Assembly (NCBI RefSeq): GCF_009914755.1
Contig: NC_060925.1
Strand: one strand, 5' to 3'
Length of the DNA stretch: 64,000 bases
DNA from: the human T2T-CHM13v2.0 reference genome, Homo sapiens
Below, one piece after another: positions 13,118 through 27,700 of this stretch. The position numbers were made by a program, and so were the translations under genes. How positions within the stretch are numbered: the stretch's first letter is position 1; each line of letters opens with the position of its first letter. Below the pieces are notes generated by a model, which ran no database searches, was not told where the DNA came from, and saw nothing but the letters and a program-made list of their open reading frames with translations.

Positions 13118-15336
13118 GAAAAGCAATTTTTAATTTTCTTGTTTGTTGTTGATTTCTCTACCAGAATATAAACTTCTTAAGAGCATCTTTGATAATCTTT
13201 ACTCCTGGCAGGAGTTCCCGATCTTTGGTCTCTGAAACACTGATGATATTCTCTGTCAGCTGTGCTGATTCCTAGCTATGACACCAATTGATGTCTTTCT
13301 TTTTTTTTCTTTAAGGATGTCACTAAGCTCATATGTGGTAACTAATAATAATGCAGTAATATTTTACCTACTCATAATTCTGCAATCAGGTTATTTCAGC
13401 TCAACAAATATTTTCTGAGTACATGATTTGTGATAGGCATTGTCCTGGAGCCTGGATATAATGGTGGATAAAGTAGTCATATTTAGGACCCCGATGGAAT
13501 TTATATTCTGGCAGGGAAGACATATTAAATAACTAATTGTAAATATGCCAAGTGGTTCAGCTAAATCAGCCATGGGAGCATGTACTAGGGTGTTTACATT
13601 GGTTTAGGAGTCAGGGATATTCTAGCTAAAGAAGTGATACTTCAGCTCTAACTTGAAGTTTGAATAGGAATTAGCTAGGTTGAGGGCAAGGTATAGGAGT
13701 GGGGATGAGCTTTCCAGGTAGATGGAAATAGAGCTGGACAGGCCTGTAGGCACAAAAGTGAACATATGTTTGACAAACTGAGAGTAGTTCAATGTAACTG
13801 GATCAGAGGGTGCAAGGGGAAATGTGGGACAATAAGACTGGAAGGTCAAAAAGTGGCAAGATTGTGAACCATGCAATGAATTTGAGACATTATCCTGTGG
13901 ATGGATAGAAATAACTAGAGAGTTCTAAGCGGAAAGATGACAATCAGATTTCTTTTGTGAAATATTATTCTATAATCATCTCTTTAGAAACTCAATAATT
14001 AAAAACCAGCAATAAATAGCAAATGCTTCTAAGCAGTCTAAATTTATTATATCTATGATAAAGCCACATCCCCAAATTTATGCATTTATTTTACTCATAA
14101 AAGAATTCCCATGTGTGTAATTTAGTTTACATTTTATTTATGCACTTTCAAAAGCTTTGTTATCTCCTTTACATAGTTTTTTTTGGGGGCTGTCATTTCA
14201 CTTTCACTTTTTTTGTTTTTGTTTATTTTTTGTTTTTATTTTGTCGGTGGTAAAAGATAAATATACTTAACAAATGAATGTATTTTAACTGAACCTTGAA
14301 AGATCATAGAAAAGGCAAAGCATAAAGAGAAAGCCGACTGGTCAGTATTAGCTACTTAAGAAGACATTTAGTGTACTTTAGAAATATTTTCATAAAATAT
14401 TAACAAATCTTTAAAGGTTTGTTATTATGACAACCAATTACATCTGCAGGAATTTGGGACAAACCTAGTCCCACAATATGGGAGCTTTTCCTTTATCTGT
14501 CATCAAGGAAGAATGAAGACTGTTTCACAGTTTTCCTATTTCAAAGGCTAGTCCCTTTATTACACTAATATTGGTAATTTAATATTTTCCCCAAAAAAAT
14601 CACACTTAAAATTAGTTGTATACATGCTTACTTTGATAATCAGGTTTTTCGATGCTTAACCAAAGGACATGAAGGGTAATAAGGCAGATACAAGTTTGGT
14701 AGCTATTTAAATAACACTTTTTACCCAAACTTTAAATATCTCTTACAGTTGTGCTTTCCTAATTCTGTTGTTTGGTTTTACAAGTTTATTGCAGCAGAGA
14801 CTATCTGCCCTGTGTCTTTTCTAATTTATTTCCTTTTAGTATGTAGACGGTGGAAAACAAGGGTACCAAACTTTGATACAAGGTTTGTGTAAAAAAAAAA
14901 GTCAGGATTTCAGTGCATGGACTTTGAAGGCAGATTGCCTTGATTTGAGTTTTAGCTCCTTTTTTATATCAGCTGTGTGAATGAGGCACTTTACTCCCTC
15001 AGACAGGATTTTTTCCTATTTTGAGTTACTAGGTCTGGATTTTAATCCTGGATCTACCTTTGAGTAACTATTTGGCCCTGGGAAACTTTTTAAACCTGTC
15101 TTCCTATATTAAGAATGATTATAATAAATAAACATAAATAGAACTACTACCGCTATTACTTCTACCACTGCTAGTCCTACTAGTTGTTACTAGTCATGGT
15201 AGTGGTGACAGTAATATTACCACCACCACCGCTAGTAACAAAAACAACGGCATCTGTCTTTTTTCTACTTAACAGTTATTACAATAGAAAATATGTTAAT
15301 ATATAACCTAAATCAGAAAGCACTGTGCAATTATGA

Positions 15337-15679
<343 letters not shown>

Positions 15680-16059
15680 CCCTAAATTCTTAACAGTTAA
15701 AATTTTCACAGATTTATTGAATATTTGGAGAATTAAGAAAAACATTCGTATAGTACACCATTCATATCATTCTAAAAATATATTCACATAGTTCATCTCA
15801 TTTTATTCTGTTTAAAAATCAGTGCTATTGATAGGAAAGATACTATTATCTATTTTGGAGACTGTCGTATATGCAGAAAGTGGCAGCTCTCTAAAAAGGT
15901 ATAAAAAGTCTTCTATCTGGTAGGACATTTCCTCTCTGGATCTGCACTGTATATCCCTAAGGGCAAAAATAGTGTTCGAACTGTTTTCATGAATTTGCAT
16001 CATTAAAGATAACTACCTAGTTTCTCATAATGTTTCCCTAAACAAAACATGTGGGTTCT

Positions 16060-17800
16060 TTCCAGTGTTTTGGTTTTATAAGCAATGCTTCGATATACAT
16101 ATTTCTTGCATAAATAGGGTGAATATTTTTGTGGAATAGATTCCCAGAAGTGGAAGTGTTGGGTTAAGGTATATGTGTATTTAAAGTTTTATTAGAAACA
16201 GTTCACAAAAAGAGATATTCAAATGGCAATAAACATATGAAAAAGTACTTGATATCGTTACTCATTTGGAAAATGCAAATAAAAGTCACAAGGAGATAGT
16301 ACCCAGAATGGCTAACATTAAAAAGACTGGCAAAACTAAATATTGAGAAGGATATAGGATGTAGAGCAACTGGAACTCTCATACATTGCTTGTGAAAATG
16401 TAAATTGATAAAACACTTTGGCAAATTGTAAGTAATTATTGAAGCTAAAGATATTCCAGCTCCATGACTTAGCCATCCCAAGAGCAATGAACATCTCTGC
16501 CACCAAAAGACATGTGCAAAAATGCTCACAAGGAAAAAAAATAAAAGCAGAAAATATTGAAATGAAAACAAGTATTCAATAAAAAACAACAGAATCAAAA
16601 ATTGTCTCTTTGAAAAGATTAATAAAATTGATAACTCTCAGGTGAAAATTAATAAGACAAAAAGTGAGAAGTTACAAAAAGTGAGAAGGAATGAAAATGG
16701 AGACATTAAAAAGACCATAAAAATATATTGTGAACAAATTTTTGTCAACAAATTTAAAAATTTAAATATAATAGACAAATTTCTAGGAAAATAAAATCTT
16801 GCCAAAAGTGACAGAAGAAAAAATACAAAATCAGAGAAATGTTATAACTTCTAAAGAAACTTAATGTATAATTAAACATTTTCCATATAGAAAACTTTAA
16901 GTGCAGCCAGCATTACCAATGAGTTTTTTAAAATACAGTCATGCATCACTTAATATTGAGGATAGATTCTGAGAAATGTATTGGGTGATTTTATCATGGT
17001 GTGAATGTCATAGAGTGTACTTACACAAACCTGGATGGTATAGCCTACTATACATGTAGGCTGTAGTCTACAAACCTGTATAGCAAGTTTCTGTAGTGAC
17101 CTACTGTAGGCGATTGTCACACAATGGCAAGTATTTGTGTATGTAAACATATGTATACATAGAAAAGGGACAGTAAAATACGATATAATCTTATGAGGCC
17201 ACCATCGTGTATGCTGACTGAAACGTTGTTATGCAGCACATGACTATATATAAAGGAAAAAGTAATGCATCTTACATGAGCTTTTCTAGAAAATAGAAAA
17301 ATAGAGAGTGCTTCCTAGTTTTTTTGTGAGATCTACATAACCTTGATAATGAAATCTGACAGGAGCTTCAAAAAAAAAGGGGGGGAATCTCAGGTCAATC
17401 TTTTTTTCACATACCTAGATAACAAATCTTATATAAAATATTGGCACACCAAATCCAGGAATTTTCTAAAAAGAATAATAGAACAAAATCAACCTGGTTT
17501 ATTTCTAGTAATGCAAATTTGGTCTTTCAGTGGAAAATTAATGGAATTCATCACATCAACAGACTCTAGAAAACTCATATCTCCTTAGACACAAAAATCA
17601 TTTGATAACAATCAATATCCATTCATAATAAAAACTGTTAGAAAATCTGAAATAGAAAAGAACATCCCTAGTTCAGTAAAAAGTATTAACGAAGAGAAAA
17701 AACAAGCAAACAAAACCTGCTGAAAGCCATTCATCTGAGGTTATGAACAAATCAAGTATGCTCACTGTCATCACTTCAGCCTTATACTGGTGGTCCAAGC
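16060..17800. mobile_element. Old L1 (L1M-type) fragments
   Basis: A-rich degraded ORF2-like text (e.g. TTTGAAAAGATTAATAAAATTG), interrupted by a Tigger element. Confidence 0.6.
16936..17246. mobile_element. Tigger3/MER7-type DNA transposon MITE
   Basis: Terminal inverted repeats CAGTCATGC...CACATGACT with TA flanks. Confidence 0.7.
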
Positions 17801-18312
17801 CAGTGTAATAATGTTATAAAAAATAGGAATGGAAAATGAAGAAATAAGTTACTATTTTAAGGATTTCAAAGCAGCTTATTAAGTTACCTGAACTACAAAA
17901 AAGTAATTAAAATTAAATGTACATAAAAAACAAGATAGCAGAGTTAGAGTAGAGACATAAAATAGAATCAGGGATGAGACTGTAAAAGATAGGTACCACA
18001 ACATCTTACAGGTGTCCAATCAGTGGGACACAAATCTGATTCTAACCTTTCTAATAGCTATCAGCAAAATGAATTCCAATCAATTTTACAAATCATATGA
18101 GATTAAAATGTTCCAGTTGCCTAAGAGAAATATAACCCTTTCTAATGCCAAGGTCAGGTAAGATTATTTCTTGATAGAAAATATAGACAAAATGTGCACT
18201 GGGCTTGTGAGAACATAATTATTTTCTATCATCTGGGCTTAAATTTTTATCTATAATTTTATATTTTGAATGGAAAATTTTCATGTTTATACCCTAATTT
18301 GTTTCCATTTAG

Positions 18313-18505
18313 AGTCAGTGGTGGTGTTGACTATCTTGCATATTCTGGAAAAAAAGCTTACAACCAGGTTAGAAATATTTTTCTCATAATAAATTATAGA
18401 TTTCTACCTGAAGAGCCTGTGAAATATGATGACCCTTTATACAGCCTAGAAGAGCTAAATGAACTGGCCCCTCAAGGATTTGAGTCTCTTCTAGATGTTA
18501 AAGGG
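18313..18505 (+). pseudogene. MCCC2-like relic exon B (stop-free, AG/GT intact)
   Basis: TTTAG|A GTC...AAA GGG|GTAAAC. Reads VSGGVDYLAYSGKKAYNQVRNIFLIINY...DDPLYSLEELNELAP...LDVKG, versus MCCC2 KSGVSDHWA...VVRNLNY...EEPLFPADEL...FDVRE. Confidence 0.8.
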
Positions 18506-19603
18506 GTAAACAAAAAAAATCCATTTGCTTCTAAATGGATTGCCTGGACAAATAACTAATCATTCCTACTAAAAATTTTGGTACACTTATGCAAAATATT
18601 TACCTAAATTATAAAATGTGACAACAAAAATTAAAGCTTAGTGATAAAGAATACTTATCTCTTTTATAAAGATGTGATATAAATAAATTTTAAACATGAT
18701 TGATCAACTAGAGACTAATGAGTTATATTCTAAGTGTGATGCTTTTTCAGGCTGATGCCAATTTAATGGGGCTTGATGACTCCTGTTGAAATCTGATTTT
18801 TTTCCCTTCAAACTCTGTTAGTATGTTTTAAATACCCGAGCAAAGGAAAATGCTAGAAATGTCTGAGAATGTGTGAGTGCCCAATCCCAGGATCCTATGG
18901 AATTAGGAAAAGTATATTTCAATGAAGGAAGTTTTCAAAAAAGTGTCAAGAGTGAGCTCTTATAAAACAGAGTAACAGTGGTAGTCACAAAATAGCCTTT
19001 GGAATTTGATGATCCTGATTTTGAGTTCCCTTTTGATCACTTCTAAAAATGTGATTTTGAGTAAGTTATTTACTGTGTATGTCTCGGTTTCTTTATCTAA
19101 AATGAGTACATTCATAACATCTTTTTTCATAATATTATTATACAAATTTAGCCAGATATTCATGTAAATTGTCTGGCTCATGTTAAAAAATGATAGCTAT
19201 TATTATCGGCTGTTACGCAGGTGCCAAAACTTGTAGCAGAAATTGCTATTATTTGACAACACCAAAAAGAAAAGGGTCTGGCCATTATTTTAATGCTTTA
19301 CCAGGATTTGTATTCCTTGGAATGACTGACACATACATATTTGTTGAGTAAACAAATAAATTAATGTCTGGATATAATCAGTTTTTAAACCGTTTGTTCA
19401 TTCGGTCACTCATTTATTCAGCAAATAATCATTGAGTACCTCCTATGTGCCAGATGAACTTACATGGAAGTGGAAGAGACAGATATTAATTAAATAAACT
19501 CAAATGCAAATTTAAAACTCTAACTGATAAGTTTCTGCAAAGTGCATCATGAGGACATTTTAATCAGTTGAGTCGGCATGCATATGTCGCATGCCTTTTG
19601 TAG

Positions 19604-19696
19604 ATTTTGAGCCAGTTGACAGATGGGAAGTTGAGTCCAAGAGTTCAAAGCAGAATGTGAAACAATGCTTGTAAAGGGTTTGGCTCATCTGGAGGG
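19604..19696 (+). pseudogene. MCCC2-like relic exon C
   Basis: TGTAG|ILSQLTDG/(+1)S*VQEFKAECETMLVKGLAHLEG|GT, versus MCCC2 [31 protein letters not shown]. Confidence 0.85.
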
Positions 19697-20669
19697 GTTT
19701 ATTTTGCATGAACACATCTTTCTTGTAAAGCTAAGCTACAAGAGCCTCTCTACCAAGGCGAATCTTTTCACTTATAACTTAGATCTGCTCTCTAGCCTTC
19801 ACTTCTGACAATAACATGAGAGAACTAAGCACCTTTATGGGTGAAGTAAAACTTCAAGTTAAATTCCATCAGAGAGAATGATATGATGTGAGTATTTGTT
19901 CCATTCCCAGGGACAGAGAGGGTTCTGCAGTGGGAAACTTGTTTCAGCACTGAAACCTTCCACAGCTCAAAGTAAAAATGAATGCTATTCCAGTTGTTTT
20001 AACATACTTTCACTTTGCTTATGTCAGGCAAATTCATTTTCTCCAGGGAAAGCTCATGTTTTAGTGCTTGAGTTAAAATCTTTCAAGATAATTAAGAGGC
20101 AAATTATCCTGTATCATGTATCATCATCACAGATAGTTAATGAATATCCACTGGTTGTGTTTAAATGTGCTGGGCACAGTCATGAATTTTTAATTTCTGG
20201 AGAGATGTGAGAACAACTGGCTTAATAAATTCAGTATTATTGTCTATATGTTTCATTATTTTCATTATTTTAGAATGACACCAAAAGCCTGTTGGACCAA
20301 GAATGAATGGTGTTCCTTGACCAGGTGTTCTAGGAAATAATTTAAACAGATGTAATTATAGTAAACTACAAACAAACCTTCCAATAACTATGTGAATTGT
20401 TCCAACTAAGCTGAAATGGTAATAAAATACCCTATTTTGAGCTTTCACTATGTGCCAGGACCTATTCTAATTGCTTGACATATATTACTTTATTTGATCA
20501 TCAGAATAATTCTATGAAATAGGTACTGTAATCACCCTTGTTTTATGGGTGAGACTAAGTCACAGAATAGTTAAGAAACTTGCCAAGTCATTAACTGTGA
20601 ATGGTGAAGCTAAATTTTAAACCTCAACAATCTGGTTTCAGAAACTGTGCTCTTAACCAGTATGATGTA

Positions 20670-20830
20670 CTAGTAATAGTAGTAGTGATAGTAGTAGTAG
20701 TAGCAGCGGCAGCAGCAGCAGCAGCAATACGGGAATGAGTAAAAGGAAGGAGAGAGGAAGAGGAGAGGAAAGGAGAAGCAGGAAGAGAAGGAGAATAATT
20801 CGGAAGAGATTAGAAGTAGGATTAGTAGTA
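20670..20830. repeat. (TAG)n/(CAG)n and GA-rich simple repeats
   Basis: Directly visible low-complexity tract. Confidence 0.8.
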
Positions 20831-21659
20831 GAGTGATAGCAGCAGCTTAATACTGAGGAGCAGCAGAGCTGGTGGTGAACAGTGGAAACTCTGGAACCAG
20901 ATAGCCTTGGTCCAAATCCTAACTATAATCCTAATAAGAAGTGAGATTTTGGGCAAGTCACATAACCTCTTTGTACCTCAGCTTTCTTATCAGTAAAATA
21001 GGGATTGGGAAGGATGAAATGCTATAACACATGTGAATACTTAAACTGAACCCTGGCAGATAGTAAGTGTTCAATATATGTTAGCTGTCAATATTGATAT
21101 TATTGCTATCTGTTCTGTACCCTTAAAATGAATAGCACAGACATGAATGAGAAATCCTTTTCTTTTTACTTCACTCATCTTTAACATCCCCATCACATAA
21201 TCCTTGCTTAGCTTAGTGTCTTTCTTTTTCTCTGCATCCTAGGATGCATTTTTCAGGAAAATCTTTTTTGCTGGCTCCTGGAGATATATCTTACCTGTTT
21301 ATACATATTATAAACTTCTCCAGAGCAGAGGCAGCAACACCTTAGAAATATTGAGCTCAGTAGGTGATGAGACAATCCAGGTGACCAGAATAAGGAAACT
21401 AAGGCATGCACCTGGGGCTGTGGCCAAGCCCATCCTGGAGGTCTGTGGGGGGTGTCTTCTCAGATAGAGCAGGCTGGCCATCCACATGGGCACTTACGAG
21501 AGTCAGGGGCAAGGCCCAAGCAAAGAGAGCAGCTTTAGCGCTGGGCCTTTATCCTTGAGAAGGAAGAGTGTGGGTGGGGAAGGAACATCTTGGTGACAGC
21601 AGTAATACGCTTGTTGAGACTGGCTTTCCTTGTTTATGAAAATACAAATTAAAACTTCT

Positions 21660-21985
21660 AGCTGGGCTCTGGGGCTCATGCTTATAATCCCAGCACTGTG
21701 GGAGGCTGGGTGGGAGGATCACTTGAGCCCAGGAGTTTGAGACCAGCCTGGGTAACACAGGGAGACCCCATCTCTACAAAAAATGGAAAAAACAAATTAG
21801 TCGGACATGTTAGCGCTCATCTGTGGTCCCAGCTCCTCAGGAGGCTGAGGCGGAGGATTGCTTCAGCCAGGAGGTTGAGACTGCAGTGAGCTATGATTGT
21901 ACCACTGCACTCCAGCCTGAGTGACAGGGGCAAGATTTTGTTTCAAACAAACAAACAAACAAACAAACAATCAATCAAACAAAAA
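21660..21985 (+). mobile_element. AluJ-like element with (CAAA)n tail
   Basis: GATCACTTGAGCCCAGGAGTTTGAG is J-diagnostic text. Confidence 0.85.
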
Positions 21986-22572
21986 ACTTCAGTTCCTCAG
22001 TCACACTAGCCACATTTAAAGTGCACAGTAACCATGTGGCTCTCATTTATGGCACTAGACAGCACAAAATAGAACGTTTCCATCATCACCGAAAGTTCTA
22101 CTGGTCTAGACAGTACTTGGTACACAGTGGTTGTTCAATAAATACTAGCTGAGTGAAATACTTGAAAGAACAAAGAATACTTGCCTTGCATACTTCATAG
22201 CATTTTTTTTGAGAATCAAAAGCTCTTTTCAAATGGTGAATGGCCTGAACATGTTGAAGAGCTTTTATTTCCCTTATGGCTTCCAAAGAGTTACATGGGG
22301 GACCTTGTGTTCTATGGATGCACAGTGAATTTTTAATGCTGGTCATATGCTGAGGATGGTGTTTCCTCGTGGCTTCTGTTCTTGCAGATACACAGACCTT
22401 CCCTTTTGATTGCAGGAAACAGGGGGAACTTAACATAACTTATGACCCCGTTTGTTTCTCCTCCTTTTCCCAAGAAGCCCGCTCTGATTTTTTGATTCTC
22501 CATTCCCAAACCCCACTGGGACTCCTCCTAAGGCATTTTGTGAAGTGAGTCTGTATTAAGAGAACAATGTGA

Positions 22573-22574
<2 letters not shown>

Positions 22575-22618
<44 letters not shown>
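22575..22618. repeat. (TG)n microsatellite
   Basis: About 22 perfect TG units. Confidence 0.95.
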
Positions 22619-22620
<2 letters not shown>

Positions 22621-23245
22621 GGAGAACAGAGCTGGTAGTCAAGGGATTTGTAATCCACTGGCAATGGTTTCCCGAGCAACCTGTGTAGATGACAAAACGC
22701 TGCTTTCAATAATAGAAGTGAAAGTGACCTTACCTTTTCTTTGGCATTGGCCTCTAATTTGTTTCTTTAGTTTTTGATTTTTAAACATTACTGATAATTG
22801 GTTCATTTATTATCGTCATAACTGTTACATTATTTGAATTAGTGTCTTGCATTTGAATCCTTCCTCTCAATTTACCAAAGATGTTTATATATGTCATCTT
22901 ACATCTTTTACAACAATCTTGGAAGGCTGATAGGGCAGAGATAATTATCCCGACTATGTGTACAAGCTTCCAATCAGAGCATTTGTGTAGGTGGCTCACA
23001 TCAGACTGCATAGCTTGTGAAGTGCAAAATAGGGCTAGAACCCAGGATTTGTATTATTCCTTTTCACTCTGCTGAGATCTATCAAATTTACTTTGAAGGG
23101 GGATGCAATCATTGATAGGTAGTAACAGATGTAGACATTAATATGAGCCTTCTTCAGCTTTTTCTACACCTCCAACTGGGCTGTGGTTTTGCCTTTTAAA
23201 ATTTTTGCTTGATTTAGAGGCAGTGAACAACGGTAAAAAAGGATG

Positions 23246-23547
23246 GGCCGGACGCAGTGTCTCACGCCTGTAATCCCAGCACTTTGGGAGGCTGAGGCGG
23301 GCAGATCATCTGAGGTCGGGAGTTTGAGACTAGCCTGAGCAACATGGAGAAACCCCATCTCTACTAAAAATACAAAATTAGTCGGGCGTGGTGGCACATG
23401 CCTGTAATCCCAGCTACTCACGAAGGCTGAGACAGGAGAATAGCTTGAAACCAGGAGGCGGAGGTTGCGGTGAGCCAAGATCGCGCCATTGCACTCTAGC
23501 CTGGGCAACAAGAGTGAAACTCGGTCTCAAAAAAAAAAAAAAAAAAA
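23246..23547 (+). mobile_element. Alu (Sp-like)
   Basis: Full Alu with A tail; TSD AAAAAAGGATGG. Confidence 0.9.
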
Positions 23548-25679
23548 GGATGGAATTTGAATTTACATAGTGTTTTGTCTCTTGTCCACTACTGACAACT
23601 TGAGGATATTTGAGCAAGTTACTTACATTTTCTGAACTTTAGTTTACTCTTTAAAAAAAAGAGCTAAAAAGCAAACAAGCAAATCAGGAATACTACCTAC
23701 CTTACCAATGTATATTGTGACAATCAATTATATTTTGAAATCTAGCTAACTATAAAACAGTAATTGTTTTACCCTCTTAGAGCTAAACAGTGAATGACAT
23801 ATTTCAGGGAGTATTTAGGCAATCACATGCTCTGGAAAGATCTTACAGAGTGAACATTTAGAGTGAGTAAAATTCCACTAAAATTAATAAGTATTTATTA
23901 AACATCTACCATGTGCCTGAAAATGGGTTATGCAAGGCTCCTTCGAACACAGCCCCTGTACCCCTGTTCTTCGATGTTTTGAGTACAGTCTATCAATTAG
24001 TGATAAAATACACCTTATTGAGAACCCAAGAATCTGGCAGCATGTCAAGAATTATATAAAGAAGGATAAGTTGTCAAGAATTATATAAAGAAAGATAAGT
24101 TTTTTCTAGAGAAGGAAATAAGGTATTTGCCATTATTATTCCCATTTTATAAAATGCTATTACCATATTAAATGAACTATTCTAAAGTTCACAAAAATAG
24201 TAAGTGGAGGAACGTGGATTCTCATCCAGGTCCCCATTTGACTCTAAGGTCCTTTCTCCTGCTTGAGAGAAAATTTGATAAGATCCCGAAACAACAACCA
24301 CCACCATGAAATACCATCACCACAATCAACACTTTATTCAGCTTCACTTAGTGCTAGATACTGTGCTTAACATTTTATGAGCTTTCTTTCCTTTCATCCT
24401 CACAGTAACGTTGAGAAGTAGGTACTCTCATCAATCCCTTTCTTCCAGTGGGGCACTAGAATTAGCTCAGGAATGGAAGAGCCAGGATTCAAACTCAAGT
24501 CCATCTCCAAATGCTGTCTACCACTTGCAGGCAGAAAAACTGCCCTGGTCTTCCCACCACTGTCTGTATGTGGAGAAACAGCTCCCTCACATTCTAGTTC
24601 ACTAAGACTTTGTGTGAATAATGACTTTTCTCATTTACATTTGAGTCTTATTACTTTAGATAACCGATAAAAGCTATTTGTAGCAACTACCCAGGAGATT
24701 TAAATGATGCAGCTGATGAAAGCATTCAAAACAAAGCCAGTATTTTTATACATGATAAAAATCCATATCACCAGCAAATGAAGCAATGCTTATTTCCAAA
24801 CCATGCTTCAATTATGTATATATGTTCTTTATTTATAGAAATGAGAATTTTCAATGATTTATAGCACAGGACAGATTCTACTAAGAAATGTTATCTGCAT
24901 TTTTTTCTGTTAAAAATAAACTATTTGGTAATCATTCCAACCATAATGAAAGAGAGAATAGGCTGAACTTGGCCAGATACTATACAAATAATTTGACTCA
25001 TGTGTTTAAAGATCAACAATGGTTTCTCATATCCTAGCAGACCAAACCAAAAACCCTCACCCAGGCGTCTCTGAATTAGTCCAAACATAGTCATACTTTT
25101 CTCTGTCACGAACCCCATTTATCCTTCTCAGTATTAAGAGGCTCATACCATGCCCAAGTTGAATTTGTCTGTATTCCTTTGTTTGGTGTGCTTGTCCTTA
25201 TTCCTCAAAAACTCTGTATTCCCTGTTCTTCAAAAGCTGTTCAAAATGATGCTACTCTATAATGCCTTGTCCAAGAGCTTCAGACCCTACTGACTTCTTC
25301 TTTCTCTGGACAACTGTGCCATTTACATTCAAGTACAATTATTTTGGCACTAGATAGACATGGGTTTGAATCCCCATTCTGCTACTTACTAGCAGACATA
25401 TTTGCAGACATATTTGTCTGCAAAATAGGAATGATCCCACTGATCTTGTGGTGTTTATCAAGGCTTAAATAAGAAAATATAGTTAAATGCAATGTAAAGT
25501 GCTAATGTTATGGTGAATTGATTTTAAAATGAAGGTAGTATTTTGCAGACTTGTTTGTGGAGTGTATGACATTATGACATGGACTGTGTCTGCTCAGTTA
25601 ACATCTGAATGGCTCTGAATCTAGCGTTAGTTCAAATTACCTGTTTCAACCATAGGACCAGATGCGTGCAGAGATTCTA

Positions 25680-25890
25680 AAGCTATGTGATCCATATGGA
25701 AGTCACTAGCCATATGTGCATAGTAATTTAAATTTCTATAAGTTAAAAATTAAAATAAATATTCAGTTCCTCAGTTACACTAGCCACATTTCAAGTGATC
25801 AGTAGCTACACTGGCTGGTGTGTATCATATAGGACAGTGCAAATATAGAACACTTACATCATTGCAAGACGTTCTATAGGACAGTTGTGC
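25680..25890. mobile_element. MER3/MER33-type hAT relic
   Basis: TTCAGTTCCTCAGTTACACTAGCCACATTTCAAGTG; related copies at ~21990-22097 and ~57370-57527. Confidence 0.65.
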
Positions 25891-26138
25891 CTTAGAGAAT
25901 AATTTCTTACCTTAGCAGTCTCAAAGCTTGCTTTTCATAACATGGACAATGGCTTCGCCTTTTTAACATGAAGTAAAATATGTAGATGATATAATCTAAC
26001 TGTGCATATAATTTTAAAAGACAAGATAATATTCTATTACAGTGTGAGGGAGAAAAAAATGAAAACCAAATTTTACTGAAATAATATGAATTTTAATAGT
26101 AAATACAGGGGCACAACTTCATTAGAATACAGAATGAA

Positions 26139-26437
26139 GGCCAGGCACAGTGGCTCATGCCTGTAATCCCAGCACTTTGGGAGGCTGAGGAGGGTGGATC
26201 ACCTGAGATCAGGAGTTGGCGATCAGCCTGATCAACATGGTGTAACCCTGTGTCTACTAAAAATACAAAAATTAGCTTGGTGTGGTGGCAGGTGCCTATA
26301 ATCTCAGCTACTTGGGAGTCAGAGGAAGGAGAATCGCTTGAACCCGGGAGGCAGAGGTTGCAGTTAGCTGAGATTATGCCATTGCACTACAGCCTGGGCA
26401 ACAAGAATGAAACTTCATCTCAAAAAATAAAAATAAT
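26139..26437 (+). mobile_element. Alu (S-type)
   Basis: Full Alu sequence. Confidence 0.9.
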
Positions 26438-26809
26438 AATAAAAAAAGCAAAAACAGAATACGGAATGAATACTCAGATACCTGCACCTTCATGGGAAAT
26501 CACCGTGACTATAACAGCTGAAAATATAGATTAATCTAGTTCTGCTGTATTGGCAGCTCAGTTGTTTTGCCATCAGTAGCACGATCATATGAAATGGTAA
26601 TAAACCAAAATTTCAAACCAATGAAGAATAATCTTAAAATACTTTTTTTATTTTATAAAATTGAGTTATACTCTAGGCTTTAAAAATTGTGAACAGATTT
26701 TTTCATCTACCTGTGTCTGGCAGGATATTTGAAGCCTTGAAGAATACAGGGTTATTCTTTGTGTAAATTGTCCCCTGAATTGCAGGAAAACTGGCAAAAT
26801 TCTTTTTTT

Positions 26810-27700
26810 CTAGTTATTTTGGAATACATATTACAATATTTTTAACCATAGTCATCCTCCTAAGCAATGGAACAATGGAACATCAGAACTTACTCCTCCT
26901 ATCTGCAATTTTGTACCTTTTGACCAGTCTCTCCCCAACTCTCCCTCTCCACTACCCACCCCAGCTTCTAGTAATCACTACCGTACTCTGTACTTCCAGA
27001 AGATCAGCTTTTTAAAATTCTGCAAATGAGTGAGATCATGCAGTATTTTTCTTTCTGTGCGTGGCTTATTTCACTTAACATAATGTCCTCCAGGTTCATT
27101 ATGTTGTTGCAAATGATAGAATTTCATTCTTTTTATGGCTGAATCATAATCCATTGTATATATATGTATACATATATACACATATATATATATATATCAC
27201 ATTTTCCTTATCCATTCATCCACTGATGGACGCTTAGGTTGAGTCGATATCTAGACTATTGTGAATAGTGCTGCAAAAAACTTGGGAGTACAGATACCTC
27301 TTTGACATCCTGATTTTCTTTCCTTTGGATACATATGCCCAGTGGTGGGATTGCTGGATCATATGGCAGCTGTATTTTTAATTTTTTGAAGAGCCTCAAT
27401 ACTGTTTTCCATAGTGGCTGTACTAATATCTTATTGTGGTTTTGATTTACATTTCTCTAATGATTAGTGATGTTGAGTATTTTTTTCATATGCCTATTGG
27501 CGATTCGTGTGTCTTCTTTTGAGGAATGTCTGTTCAGATCTTTTGCCCATTTTAAATTGGATTATTTATTTATTTTTTGCTATTGAGTTGTTTGAGTTCC
27601 TTATATATTTCGGATATTAACTACTTGTCAAATGCATAGTTTGCAAAAATTTTCTCCCATTCTGCATGTTGTCTCTTCACTCTTTTGATTCTTTCCTTTT
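26810..27700 (-). mobile_element. L1MA-type 3' fragment
   Basis: Typical antisense L1 3' end text (GTGGCTTATTTCACTTAACATAATG, TTGCTGGATCATATGG). Confidence 0.75.

Noticed and set aside
15855-15900. RL..VYAESGSSL text, possibly the missing 'YLVDSGGA' exon of the fossil gene
   Set aside because: Too short and degenerate to distinguish from chance by eye; needs a protein-to-genome alignment.
24044-24101. 29-bp tandem duplication GTCAAGAATTATATAAAGAA(G/A)GATAAGTT; a similar short duplication lies at ~38445-38520
   Set aside because: Ordinary local slippage duplications with no functional context.
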